DNA from: a virus | Taxonomy: Duplodnaviria > Heunggongvirae > Uroviricota > Caudoviricetes | Length of the DNA stretch: 64,000 nucleotides | Strand: one strand, 5' to 3' | IMG/VR virus record: IMGVR_UViG_3300026286_000004 | Part shown: positions 38,212 to 48,600 of the stretch, piece after piece | How the letters are laid out: each line of letters opens with the position of its first letter | Numbering within the stretch: position 1 is the first letter of the stretch | Position numbers and translations under genes: made by a program | The notes under the pieces: model-generated | Database searches by the model: none | What the model was told of the DNA's origin: nothing | What the model saw: only the letters and a program-made list of their open reading frames with translations

Positions 38212-38682
38212 GTGCACAACTCACCGTTGATCCGCATCACCGACCCGTCGACGCTAACCGCAGGCGACAGCGTCTTCGTAGTCCGCTTCGGGCACGAGAG
38301 CGTCGGCGAAGTGAACACGTGGATGACCGTGAAGGTGCCCAACGAGCAGTTCCGGCTGCGCGTGCGCGCCGCGAAGGACGCCGACCTCGTCATCGGGTTG
38401 CGCCCGATCGGCGACCTGGCCGGCGGGGAGGCGTACCTCGCCACCGACACCGACCTGATCACGCCCGCCCTCGACCTTGTCGCAAAGCAGGGCGGCGGCG
38501 TGTCGACCTGGCTGGCCGGCCAGCTCGCATCCGATGCGCACACCGCACTCCCGCAAGGCACCTGCGCAACGTGCGTCACGGCCTTCCCGTGCGATCCGCG
38601 CCGGGACCAACTCGAACTTGCGGCGCTCCTGCTGATCGACGCCGGATCCGTCAAACACCGACAGAGTAAGGAAATCCCATGA
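38212..38682 (+). CDS. hypothetical protein
   Basis: Class-2 GGCAAAGAG 5 nt before GTG 38212. An in-frame ATG at 38170, coupled to the upstream stop, is an alternative start. Confidence 0.45.
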   Translation: MHNSPLIRITDPSTLTAGDSVFVVRFGHESVGEVNTWMTVKVPNEQFRLRVRAAKDADLVIGLRPIGDLAGGEAYLATDTDLITPALDLVAKQGGGVSTWLAGQLASDAHTALPQGTCATCVTAFPCDPRRDQLELAALLLIDAGSVKHRQSKEIP

Positions 38683-39095
38683 CCGCCAACGACACTCAGA
38701 TCAAGGTTTCCGGGCAGGACGCCAAGTTCGTCCTCGACATCACGAGGCCGCTCGGTCCGCGCCAGACCGCGAAGATCACCGGCCTGCTGACCGGCCAGGG
38801 CGCGGTGCGCCGCATCGACATCGACGTCGCCAAGAACGACCAGGGCCAGGCCGGGTTCGAGAAGGCCGACATGGACGCGTTGCACACCCTCGTGGGGACG
38901 ATCCGTCTCGGAATGAGGGTGGATGTGTTCCTAATCGTGCCGCGCACCGACACCGCGCCGCCGCAGCTGGCTGCCTGGTCCTCCGCCGGCGGGAACCTCG
39001 TCGGTCGGACCGCGATCGAGTGCCGGGCTTTGCCGCTCAATGGTGAGGACGTCGACCAGCTGCGCTACCTCGACGCCTGGCCCGTCCGGGTCTGA
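38679..39095 (+). CDS. hypothetical protein; paralog of 15640..16050
   Basis: AAGGAAA RBS. C-terminus LRYLDAWPVRV. Confidence 0.55.
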   Translation: MTANDTQIKVSGQDAKFVLDITRPLGPRQTAKITGLLTGQGAVRRIDIDVAKNDQGQAGFEKADMDALHTLVGTIRLGMRVDVFLIVPRTDTAPPQLAAWSSAGGNLVGRTAIECRALPLNGEDVDQLRYLDAWPVRV

Positions 39096-39100
39096 CCTCC

Positions 39101-39140
39101 GCGTGCCGACGCCGCCCGACCGGCCTCATGGGTGACCATG
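39101..39140 (+). promoter_or_regulatory. class-1 motif, GCGTGCCGACGCC subfamily
   Basis: GCGTGCCGACGCCGCCCGACCGGCCTCATGGGTGACCATG. The same subfamily occurs at 19987, 27043, 31056, 54426(-) and 55068(-). Confidence 0.55.
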
Positions 39141-39401
39141 ATGAACATCGCGCATGAGCTGGACCGGATCGAAGAGGCCGCGCGGCAACTCCGTGCGGGC
39201 GCGGACGGGCTCCCGGAGCGCTACCTGATCGAGATCAGCCACGACACGCCGCCGCACGAGCAGATGCTTGGGCACCCGTTGTTCGTCAACGGGGTCGCGG
39301 ACATCCTCGAGAATCACGCCGCGCTGTGCCGCGCGACCGGCTGTTCGCCGTCGGCGTCTGCGCGGTCCGTCGCTGACGTCATTCTCGGGGCGAACCTCTG
39401 A
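39138..39401 (+). CDS. hypothetical small protein
   Basis: Class-1 motif at 39101-39140. The ORF is open from 39132. Confidence 0.4.
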   Translation: MMNIAHELDRIEEAARQLRAGADGLPERYLIEISHDTPPHEQMLGHPLFVNGVADILENHAALCRATGCSPSASARSVADVILGANL

Positions 39402-39907
39402 TGGACAGTCAGGTGGCCGACCGCATCGAGGCCGAACACCCGGAGTACCGGTTCCGGCGCCGCGATGATGGCACGGTGCACGACTGGGGCACCCAGCCGC
39501 TGCACGCCGTCGGCGAGTTCGCCAGGCGGATACCGTTCGCGTTCCGGGTCTTTCACGGCCGAGCGCACCTGTGGCTGGGCCGGTCGGTCGACCCGGTCGC
39601 CTCGGCGCACCTGGAAAGCCTGACCGCCGCCGCGATGGACGACATCGCCGGAATCTTCGCCACCCTCGCTGCGAAGGTCGCCGTCGACGTCGTGCACGGT
39701 TTCACCACGGGAGACACGGTCGTGGTCGTTTCCGCGGTGCCCGGTTCTTCCTGGCACATCACGACGATCGGGACAATCATCGGCTGCGACGATGTGTGGC
39801 TGTTCGTCGACACCGGCGATGCGCTGCCGTTCGGGACTGCGGTCCGGCGGGCACGGATCGTCTCGGTGCGTGCCCACGACCTGGTACCGGCATCAACATC
39901 GGCATGA
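39401..39907 (+). CDS. hypothetical protein
   Basis: TGATGG-coupled start. Confidence 0.45.
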   Translation: MDSQVADRIEAEHPEYRFRRRDDGTVHDWGTQPLHAVGEFARRIPFAFRVFHGRAHLWLGRSVDPVASAHLESLTAAAMDDIAGIFATLAAKVAVDVVHGFTTGDTVVVVSAVPGSSWHITTIGTIIGCDDVWLFVDTGDALPFGTAVRRARIVSVRAHDLVPASTSA

Positions 39908-40473
39908 GTGAGATCTGGCTGACGTCCGACTTGCATTTCGGGCACCCGCACGTCGCGCGGTTGCGCGGCTTTGACGACGTTGACGACCACGACAAGCACG
40001 TCGTGGGGAACCTGTCCCGGATGGTGCGCCACCGCGACGAGCTGTTCGTCCTCGGCGACCTGAGCGTCGGCCGGCTCGACCAGGCCCTCGCGTTGATGGC
40101 GTCCGTCCCGGGGACGAAACACCTGATCCTCGGCAACCACGACGCGGCATTCCCGGGGGCGCGCGGGCACCGGTCCGCGTTCCGCCGCTACCTCGACGTG
40201 TTCGCCACCGTGGCCCTGCACGGCGCGCTGCGAACCGACCACGGACAGATCCTGCTGTCGCACTTCCCGTACGAGGGCGACCACGGCCCGGACCGGTTCA
40301 CGCAGTGGCGGTTGCGGGACAACGGGTTCCCTGTCGTGCACGGGCACACGCACGGCCCGGAACGGTTGACCACATCCGGCGCCGGTAGCGCCCAGGTCCA
40401 TGTCGGCCTGGACGCCTGGGACATGGGACCGGCCAGCGTGCACGACGTCACCGCCTTGATCGGGAGCCGATGA
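39904..40473 (+). CDS. calcineurin-like metallophosphoesterase (second copy in this window)
   Basis: Motifs SDLHFGH, GDL, GNHD and GHTHG. ATGA-coupled start. Confidence 0.65.
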   Translation: MSEIWLTSDLHFGHPHVARLRGFDDVDDHDKHVVGNLSRMVRHRDELFVLGDLSVGRLDQALALMASVPGTKHLILGNHDAAFPGARGHRSAFRRYLDVFATVALHGALRTDHGQILLSHFPYEGDHGPDRFTQWRLRDNGFPVVHGHTHGPERLTTSGAGSAQVHVGLDAWDMGPASVHDVTALIGSR

Positions 40474-40907
40474 TGACGACGAAGCTCCGTGTCATCACGA
40501 CCGGCGATGTCCTGCGCCGCCGCCGGGTCCCGTCCGCCCCGCACGCCCAGGTAGCGTACGGCTTCACCCCGTTCATGCTGGCCGACGACGTTCTCGGGTT
40601 CACCCCGACCGACGGCTACGACCGGCACATCGACGTGGTCGCGCTGAATGAGCTGCTGCGCCAGATGGTTGCCGACGGGACCCTGGCGACCGTCACCCGC
40701 AGGACGCCGTTCGTCTCTCTGCCGTGGTGGGCGCAGAGCGGGTACGTGTTCGCCGACGAGTACGCGCGTGTCACGCTGAACCGGGCCAAGAAGGACAACG
40801 AGGACGTGCTCCGCCGGGCCTATCAGATGGTCGCCGAAGCGCACCCGGAGGAACTGCTGAGCACCCTGCTCCGGCTGCACACAGACCAATGGAAGGGCAC
40901 GTCGTGA
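40470..40907 (+). CDS. hypothetical protein; paralog of 37652..38170
   Basis: Aligned blocks ALNELLRQMVADGTLATV and SGYVFADEYARV. Confidence 0.55.
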   Translation: MMTTKLRVITTGDVLRRRRVPSAPHAQVAYGFTPFMLADDVLGFTPTDGYDRHIDVVALNELLRQMVADGTLATVTRRTPFVSLPWWAQSGYVFADEYARVTLNRAKKDNEDVLRRAYQMVAEAHPEELLSTLLRLHTDQWKGTS

Positions 40908-41066
40908 CCACTCACGACGACGAGGTTGCCGCGCTGCGCGCGACCGTCGAGGCGGAGAAGCTGGCCGCAGCGATGCCGCGCTGCTACAGCGAGCCAGGAA
41001 CGTTGTCGCGCAGCGGTATCCCGACCAGGTGCAGGCCGAGCTCGGCCGGCTGAAAGGCGAAAGTCA
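40903..41066 (+). pseudogene. small coiled-coil ORF apparently frameshifted (VTTHDDEVAALRATVEAEKLAAA then -1 frame ..LLQRARNVVAQRYPDQVQAELGRLKGESHA)
   Basis: Protein-like reading continues only after a -1 shift near 40975. Confidence 0.25.
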
Positions 41067-41191
41067 TGCCTAGCTTCCTGTCCGTCCCGATGGTGTGCGT
41101 GCCTTGCCGCCGGGTGTGGCGGGCCGCGCTGTCCGGTCCGAACCGGCCGTCGTCGGGATCGTGCTCGTCATGCGGCCGCGCGGGACGGCGG

Positions 41192-41626
41192 ATGCCGACG
41201 ACGTGGCGGGCACCGCGACGCGACAACGATCGCGCGTGGGCGTTGATCGAGGCCGGCCGGTGGCTGTGGGATCGTCGCGCCGTGACCGGCAAGGCGGTGC
41301 GCGAGCGTCGCCGGCGGGAGCCGGTGAAGGTGCTCTCGCACCGGACGACCGATGCGATCCGGGACTCCCTGGCGCCGATGCGCGTGGTCGTGCACGGCCG
41401 GAACGGCAGACTGGTCATCGTCTGGTCCGGACAGGATGTTTCGGCCGCCGGGGACCGGAGCCGTTTGGAGCGGGCATTGATCCGGGCGGGGTTCCGCACC
41501 CCGGGCGTGCACCTGGTCCACGTCGTTGACGGGCCCGCGTGGGTTGAGACGCTGCTGCTGTCCACGGCACGCGACTACCCGCAGCACCAGGTGCAGGTCT
41601 CGACCCGGCACCGGTCGCGCGTCTAG
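41192..41626 (+). CDS. hypothetical protein
   Basis: The protein-like part of the 41066 ORF begins at M43. The upstream region is ambiguous. Confidence 0.35.
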   Translation: MPTTWRAPRRDNDRAWALIEAGRWLWDRRAVTGKAVRERRRREPVKVLSHRTTDAIRDSLAPMRVVVHGRNGRLVIVWSGQDVSAAGDRSRLERALIRAGFRTPGVHLVHVVDGPAWVETLLLSTARDYPQHQVQVSTRHRSRV

Positions 41627-41692
41627 ATCTCGATCACCGGCACGTCGAGGTCACGGCGGCTTGCGCCTGCTCTGCGTTCAAGGACCCCGGGT

Positions 41693-42357
41693 TTAGCCGG
41701 ACCGACCTGAGCGCAGTCGTGAGCGGCTCTTTGCATCCGCGCAGATTCGCGGCAGCTCGACTTGATCCTCCGACCGGTCGACGATCAGGTACCGGAGGGC
41801 GGCGGGCAGCTGCTGCAGGACCGGCACCACCATGTCGACGGCGCGCTGTCCGCTGTTACGCACTCCGAGCATGACGTTCGGGAGCGGCCAGGCGACATAT
41901 TCGGTGGCCGGCAGGTTGACGTCCGGGTGGAGCGACATCATCAGGTTCCGGCCGTTGTGGTAGGTGTTGCGAACCATATGTTCGAGCGTCAGGCCGCCGG
42001 CGTCGGGAACCTCGCCGGTGTTCAGGCGGAGCAGGCCGTCGGGGTCGGCGACCACCACCCGGAATGTCAGGGTCGGGTGCAGGCCCATCTCGGCGAACGA
42101 GGCCGCGACGGCGCTGGCTTGCCCGGATCCGTTAACGACGGCCGGAATGGCCGGCGGTAGGTGGCTTCGATCTGGTTCACGGCGGCGTCTTTCGGTGTTG
42201 GTCCGGTTGCTTTCTCTTTGCCACCGGACGCCGGCGCAGTCAGGTCGACGTCCTGCTCGGGATGCGGCTTGGTGGCGAACTTCCCGCCCGATCCGCGTGG
42301 GTGGTCGGCTTCGGTGAATTGCGTCGTCGTGCCCTGGATGTGTGCGGGGACATGCAC
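41693..42357 (-). pseudogene. decayed family-X gene: the N-terminal module is intact but the canonical ATG reads ACG, and it is followed by a frame break into the 41693..42088 ORF
   Basis: The reverse strand reads CCGCACACATCCAGGGCACGACGACGCAATTC, compared with CCGCACACATCCAGTGCATGACGACG at 44260. It encodes TTQFTEADHPRGSGGKFATKPHPEQDVDLT. Protein-like reading switches frame near 42140-42160. Confidence 0.4.
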
Positions 42358-42437
42358 ACAGTGCAGGTAGCGCGTCTGGGACGTCAGCCAATCCGGCCGC
42401 CGCGTACCGATCCTCTCGTCCCGGCCTCATCATCGGC

Positions 42438-42983
42438 ATGGACAACACCTTGCTGATGTGGACCGACGTCGAAACGAGCGGCCTGGACGCCGAGCGTGAC
42501 CACTTGCTCGAAATCGCCGCCGTCATCACCGACCCGACCGGCCGATACGAGATGGGCTGCTTCGAGCGCACGATCGCCTACAGCCCGGACGAAGCGTCCG
42601 CGATCCGCGCGAACAGCGGCCCCGTCGTGCAGAACATGCACGACCAGACCGGCTTGTGGGGCCGGCTGCCGGGAGGCACGCCGCTGGCCGAGGTCGACGC
42701 GCAGCTGCTCGACTTCATGGGCCAGTTTTCCGGCCGCCCCCGCCAGCTTCGGGTCGCCGGCAACTCCGTCCGGCTCGACCTCAACTTCCTCGAGCGGCGC
42801 CTGCCCGGTACGTACGGGATGCTGCACTACCGTTCCGTCGACGTCACCGCGCTGGCGTACGTGATGTTCGCCAACGGTTTCGTCACCGAGGGGTTCCCGA
42901 AGGAGAAGCAACACTCGGCGATGTCCGACATCCGCGAGTCGATCGCCGAATACCGGTGGATCATGGAGCGATTGCGGGGCTGA
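42438..42983 (+). CDS. orn: oligoribonuclease (DEDDh 3'-5' exoribonuclease)
   Basis: LLMWTDVETSGLD, HLLEIAAVITD and a DxxxH C-terminal motif. Class-1 motif at 42402-42440. Confidence 0.75.
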   Translation: MDNTLLMWTDVETSGLDAERDHLLEIAAVITDPTGRYEMGCFERTIAYSPDEASAIRANSGPVVQNMHDQTGLWGRLPGGTPLAEVDAQLLDFMGQFSGRPRQLRVAGNSVRLDLNFLERRLPGTYGMLHYRSVDVTALAYVMFANGFVTEGFPKEKQHSAMSDIRESIAEYRWIMERLRG

Positions 42984-43020
42984 TCGCCGCCGCAGTCGGG
43001 GTCCGCGGCAAAGAAGAGAC

Positions 43021-43827
43021 GTGGACCCCTCCATGAAGCGTCTCGACCCGGTGCCCGGCCTGCCGCCGGTCGGCACCGCGGTCTCGCTTGCTCTCGGGGT
43101 GCTCAAGCATGCGAAAGTGCGCCGCTGGTCCGACCTGCCGCACTTTCCGGAGGACCTCGCACTGACGACCGGCCAGCCGGAGCTGCTGACCCGGTTCGCC
43201 CCGGCAATCACCCACGTCGCTGCCGCCGCCGACGGACGCCCGCTCGTCACCGTTGTCGTGTGCACCGCCTGCCGCCGCTGGCTGTTGTTCGCGCGCGGCA
43301 CCGCACCGAAGTCGTGCCCGATGTCGCTGGACTGTCCGGGCGAGCTGATCAAGGTGGCCCCGGCCCAGCTCGTTCCGCTGGTGCCGCGAATCTCCGGGCG
43401 GATCGAGCGCCCCGACGGGACGGTCGAGTTCCGTCTCGATGACGTGCTGCACAACCCGGACGGACCGGCCGTGATATTGCCGGACGGGGAGACCCAGTTC
43501 TGGGTGAAGGGCAAGCTGCACAACGCCGACGGTCCGGCGATCTCCCGCCCGGACGGCACGTTCGAGCACTGGGTTCGCGGACGCCGGCACAACCCGGACG
43601 GTCCCGCGGCGAAGTACCCGGACGGGACGGTCGAGTTTTGGGTGAACGGGAAGCTGCGCAGCAAGGACGGGCCGGGTCGTATCCGCCCGGACGGGACCCG
43701 CGAGTTCTTCGACACGCAGGGCCGCTGGCACCGCGCCGGCGCTCCCGCTGTTGAACGACCAGACGGGACCGGCGAATGGTTCGCCCATGGCAGACAGAAA
43801 TCCACTCCATTGAAGGGAACATCATGA
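43021..43827 (+). CDS. MORN-variant repeat protein (~8 repeats of RPDGTxEFWVxGKLHNxDGPA) with an N-terminal Cys cluster
   Basis: Tandem repeats of 11-12 aa. Class-2 element GGCAAAGAA before the GTG start. Confidence 0.55.
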   Translation: MDPSMKRLDPVPGLPPVGTAVSLALGVLKHAKVRRWSDLPHFPEDLALTTGQPELLTRFAPAITHVAAAADGRPLVTVVVCTACRRWLLFARGTAPKSCPMSLDCPGELIKVAPAQLVPLVPRISGRIERPDGTVEFRLDDVLHNPDGPAVILPDGETQFWVKGKLHNADGPAISRPDGTFEHWVRGRRHNPDGPAAKYPDGTVEFWVNGKLRSKDGPGRIRPDGTREFFDTQGRWHRAGAPAVERPDGTGEWFAHGRQKSTPLKGTS

Positions 43828-44228
43828 ACGCGCGTAACGCCTTGCTCCGCGGGGTCGGAGCTGCGTTCGACAACGGCGAAGCGATCGAGACTCTCGCGGA
43901 CGACATCAACCTGATGCTGGACGTGCTCATCCCCAACCCGGAAGACCGGGTTCGGGCGGTGACCAGGTTGCAACGGATCGAGGCGCTGGCGGGTCACGGC
44001 AGGGCAACCGGAGAGGCCCGCAAGGTGGCGTCGCTGATCGCGGTGCGCACCCTCAGCGCGGACCTGACCGTCCAGCTCGGCGAGGCGGGCGGAGTCCGGC
44101 TGTTCAACAACGCGAACGATCAGGTCGCCGACGTTCGAGCGGACGGCTCGGTCTTCATCTCCGGCCTGTCGATGACGGTCGACGAGGTGGCCCGTCGCTG
44201 GGACTGTTCGGCACAGCCCGCGTCCTGA
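43824..44228 (+). CDS. hypothetical protein
   Basis: GAAGGGA RBS 7 nt upstream. Confidence 0.45.
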   Translation: MNARNALLRGVGAAFDNGEAIETLADDINLMLDVLIPNPEDRVRAVTRLQRIEALAGHGRATGEARKVASLIAVRTLSADLTVQLGEAGGVRLFNNANDQVADVRADGSVFISGLSMTVDEVARRWDCSAQPAS

Positions 44229-44259
44229 CCGGTCTGTTCGCCCCGCACACATCCAGTGC

Positions 44260-45489
44260 ATGACGACGATCTCGACGCATGCGGAGTCGGCCCGCGAGTC
44301 CGCCCGGCAGAGCAACGGCCAGTTCGGAACGCAAGCTCACGGTGAGCAGGACGTTGACCTCTCCGAGCTGATGTCGACGCCGGATGTGCGCGAATACCTG
44401 GTCTCGCTCGGGCATGACGCGCACGTCGTTGACGGGATGCTGGAGGGGATCGACGAGGACGCCGTGTTCACGCCGCAGGCTGTTCAGGATCTGGCGGCCG
44501 GGTCGGAGGCGATGCAGCCGACCGGGAACGACGTGCGGATGACAACCGTCTTCTCGAACGTCGACATCAAGGAGCGGGCCGCACGGATCGAGCAGGAGCT
44601 GCTCGCCTCCGTCGAGCAGATCGTCGCCGAGGGGAAGCTGCGGGACTTCCTTGACCTGTGTGCCGCGAACCGGATGTCGAGCTGGTCGTTCGGTAACCAG
44701 ATGCTCGCCCACCTGCAGGGTGCGGAGCGCCGGGCCAACGCAACCGAGGAAGAGCTGGAGGGCTGCCCGCCGGACCTGATGCTCATGTCGGCGGCGGCGT
44801 GGAAGCGGACGTACAAGCGGCACCCGCGCGCCGGCGCGAAGGCGATCTGGATCCTGCGCCCGAACAAGATCACGATCACCGAGAAGGACCCTGGCACCGG
44901 TGAAGAGAAGAAGCGGTCCTTCATCAAGGGCTGGTCGGGGCAGGCCGAGTTCGACGCGTGCCAGACGACCGGCGGGCCGATCCCGCAGCAGGAGCTGGTC
45001 TCGTTCAGTTCGGCGGCTCCGCCGGAGGGCGCATACGAGGCGCTCAAGGATGCCGTCGGCAAGGCGGGCTACCAGTACGAGGAGAAGGAGATCCCGCGCT
45101 ACCGTCCGGGTGACCCGACGTCGAACGTGGGCTACACCGATCCGAAGACGAAGACCGTTGTCGTCGACTCGCGGCTGCCGGAGGCGCAGAAGGTCTCGAC
45201 TCTCGCGCACGAGCTGGGCCACATCCACTGCGGCCACGTCGACGAAATGGACGACTACCACACCCGCTCCGGGCGGTCTCGCGCAGAAACCGAGGCCGAG
45301 GCGACGGCGTACATGACGATGCGGCACTGGGGGATGCCCCCGTCCGAGGCGTCCAGTTTCTCGCCGGGCTACATCGCGTCCTGGTCGCGCGGGGACCCCG
45401 AGACGATCAGCAAGGCAATGGCGAAGGCGACGAAGGCGTTCCAGGCGATCACCGGGCTCCGCCCGCAGGCTCAGGAATCGTCGTCCTGA
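44260..45489 (+). CDS. family-X N-terminal module plus an ArdC-N-like ssDNA-binding domain and an HExxH Zn-metallopeptidase (ArdC-like anti-restriction or polyvalent-type protein)
   Basis: N-terminus MTTISTHAESARESARQSNGQFGTQAHGEQDVDL. Middle block SWSFGNQMLAHLQG..MSAAAWKRTYKRHPRAGAKAIWILRP. Metallopeptidase motif STLAHELGHIHCGH. Confidence 0.65.
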   Translation: MTTISTHAESARESARQSNGQFGTQAHGEQDVDLSELMSTPDVREYLVSLGHDAHVVDGMLEGIDEDAVFTPQAVQDLAAGSEAMQPTGNDVRMTTVFSNVDIKERAARIEQELLASVEQIVAEGKLRDFLDLCAANRMSSWSFGNQMLAHLQGAERRANATEEELEGCPPDLMLMSAAAWKRTYKRHPRAGAKAIWILRPNKITITEKDPGTGEEKKRSFIKGWSGQAEFDACQTTGGPIPQQELVSFSSAAPPEGAYEALKDAVGKAGYQYEEKEIPRYRPGDPTSNVGYTDPKTKTVVVDSRLPEAQKVSTLAHELGHIHCGHVDEMDDYHTRSGRSRAETEAEATAYMTMRHWGMPPSEASSFSPGYIASWSRGDPETISKAMAKATKAFQAITGLRPQAQESSS

Positions 45490-45596
45490 GTCCGCAGGCT
45501 GCCAATGACCGACCGGAGCGGGTAGGTGTCCCGTCCGCGAAGGAGTACCGCAACGTCGGCCGTGGTGATGACCTGCATTTCGTAGGGGTTATCCAT
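45471..45596 (-). CDS. tiny ORF (41 aa) behind a minus-strand class-1 motif
   Basis: ACGTAAT-N18-TCATC-N7-ATGGAT. Overlaps the 3' end of the 44260 gene. Confidence 0.3.
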   Translation of the reverse strand: MDNPYEMQVITTADVAVLLRGRDTYPLRSVIGSLRTQDDDS

Positions 45597-45679
45597 GCCC
45601 ATGATGACGCCGGTCCGTTCCAGTGATTACGTTGCCCAGCAACGGTTTTCGGCATTTTGTGTGACGGATTTCCGCCACG

Positions 45680-48600
45680 TCAGAAGCTCCATTCGTCCGC
45701 AGTTTTTGCCGGCACCGGCACCGGGTCCGGGACGTCGCCGAAGTTCCAGTCGTCGGCGTTGGCCGGCTTCGGTGCGGGCCGCTCGACCGGTTCGGAAACG
45801 AAGTCCCAGCCCTCGTCGTCTGCGTCGGCGAGGTCGACGTCGTTGACCACGTCCTTGACCACCTGCTCGACCGGATCTTCGCCGAAGTCCCAGCCGTCGT
45901 CGGCCGGTTCCGATTTGTTGTCCGGCCGCGCGTCCGGGGCGTCGATGGACCACAGGTCGTCGTCGTCGTCGGTCTCTGTCTCGACTGGCTCCGACGCGCC
46001 GAAGACATCCCACGCATCGTCCGTTTCCGGCTCGCTGACCGGGCTGGCGGGCTCGCTGGCAGCCTCCTGCTCCAGACCGGGCTGATCGGTCACGGGCTGC
46101 CCGTCCAGTGCTTCTGCGGCCTCGGAAGCCTCGTCGGCAAAGTCGTCCAGGTCCAGCTCTATCTCTACGGCGTTCTCCAGATCGCCAAGGTCCAGCTCGA
46201 TCTCGTCTTCCAGGTCCCATGCCTCGTCCAGGTCGATGTCCTCGACGGCCGGGCCGCGGTCCTTGCGGACCTGGATGAACGGGGACAGGTCTACGGGCAC
46301 GACCGGTTCGCGCTCCTGCGCGATCTTCGCACCCATCACGGCAGTATCGGTGAAGGCGACCTGCACCGTGTGCGGCATACCGGTCGACGGTTCGTAGATG
46401 CCACGGCCCGGCGGGATCGCGCCCGGGAAGATCGGGGCTTCTTCGGCACGCCGCAGCGCCGACATCCGGTCGCCGGAGGTGGTCGCGCCGACGAGCAGCC
46501 GGGCCAGGTTCGTCTTCAGGCTGCCGAGGCCGCCGATCTTCGCCAGGTCGTCCTGGCGCAACTTCTGGCCGCCGAGCACCAGCGAGACACCCGCGGACCG
46601 GGCCTCCCGGGTGATCTTCCCGGCCAGCGACCCGATCGTGTCCTTGAAGCTGTTCTCCAGCAGCAGCAGTTGCCGCTCTTCCTCGAGGTCCGGGTCGTCC
46701 ATCGGGGTCTTCGGCACGGATGACTTCTCGATCAACGACGTGAACTCGTCGATGAACACGACCAGCCTGCGCGGACGAACCTCATCCGGCAGCTTGTCGA
46801 TGGACTCGGTCCCGTGCTGCTTGTTCAGATCCTTGCGGCGCAGTACCTCCTGGTAGGCCCACCGCATCGCCGCTGCACCGTTCTGCCACGTGTCGGCCGT
46901 CGCGAGAGCGAACGACGTCGCGTACTTGAAGTCGGCGGCCCCCTTGACCGGGTCGACGACGATCGCGTCATGCCCGGCCAGCAGCACGCCGGTCAGCAGG
47001 TTCGTCATCGCGACCGACTTACCTGACCCGGACCCACCGATCACGCCCAGGTGCGGCGACTCCTTCATGTTCCAGTTGTCCGGGACTCCGGCCACGTTCA
47101 CGGCCAGCGGGATCGACAGCGACCCGTCCGGGATGCCGTCCATGATCAGTTCGACGCGCGAGGGCATCGGGTCCCGCTCGGAGACCTGCAGCACCAGCCG
47201 GGCGGCCGTGGTCCGCTCCCGGTCAAGCTCGATGAAGTCGTTCCCGGTCGAGGTCCGCAACGTCGGCAGGATCTTCACGATCCCCGGAATCGACGCACCC
47301 TGCGGCAGGTCGAACGTCAACACGGTCACCTGCGGGTTCGTCTCGACCGGCTCCACCTTCGCCAGCACCGGGGTGAGCGCGCCCGGGATGTCGAGTTTCG
47401 ACTTCAGCCACGCCTGGTCCCAGTCGAGGGCCACAACCTTGTCGCGGTCCTTGACGGAGACGATCTCGACGGACGACGGTCTCGCGCCGGCGTAGATGAT
47501 GCACCCGTCCGCGGCAGCATCCACGCGCAGCCACGGCGTCGCCAGTGCCTGCCGCATCCGGTCCGCCGCGCCGCGCACGTCCGCGAGGGTCACCCCGCCA
47601 TACAGCCGCAGCGTGATCTCCCAGACGGACGGCTCGGCGAACCGCCTGTTCCCGGACGGCTCCGGGGTCAGCGCGCGAACCGCGACGACCTCGGGGCGCG
47701 CGAGACGAGCCGCATCGAAGGCATGGTTGACGTGCGAGGCGAGCAACCACTGGTACGCCGGCGTCGGCCGGGATGCGGACACGACCTTCTCCGGTGCCGT
47801 CGGCAGGCCCGGTTCGGAGGACCACGTGACGCAGAACGCGGTTGCGTGGCGGGTCGCCTTCCGGCCCACGCTCGGCGGGGTCCACCCGGTCACAGACACG
47901 AACGGGGCCGCGTTCAACGTGGACGCCAGTTTCGTCTCCGCCTTCGGGTTGCCGTGCTCCATCGGGTCCATGCCCTTGCGTACCTGGAAGACGGTGTGCT
48001 TGATCCGCTTCCCCTGGTAGGTGTCCTCGCTCGAGACCCGGGGCGCGATCGTAGGCGGGTTCACCCCCTGCTTGAGCACCTCCGTCCAGACGCCGTTCCA
48101 CCAGTCCTCTTCGAAGATCTCGCCCAGCGCGTCCGGGAATTTCGGGTCGATCGTCTTCAGATCGTCCGTCGCGGCGCCGAGGAACAGGTGCCCGCCGTCG
48201 GGTGACCGGTGGTCGATCGCAGCGTCCAGTCGCGTCCCGCCGCCGAGCATCGGAGCGAACCCGAGGGCGCGTGCCGTGGTCCAGCCCGGGCCTTCCGGCC
48301 ACGCCCCGTTCACCTGCCACATCGCGACCGGTGAGTCGTCGGTGTGCATCGCCGTGACCGCGGTGACCATGACGGGCGCGACCTTGAGCGCGTCGCAGAC
48401 CTGCTGAACCCAGGTGCGGACTGCGGTGTCCAGGACCTCCGGGGATGTTGCCGGATCGCCGATGTCGGGGATGTCGCCGGACGGGGAGATGACGATCGCG
48501 AACTTGCGTGGGTGGATCGTCCCGGTGACCTCGACCCCGTCCACGTCGTTCGGTCTCGGGATGAGTGTCATGTCCACGCCGGCGCCGACGGTCGGCGCGA

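Noticed and set aside
41640-41700. GTTCAAGGACC resembling a tRNA T-loop
   Set aside because: No flanking acceptor, D or anticodon arms can be built.
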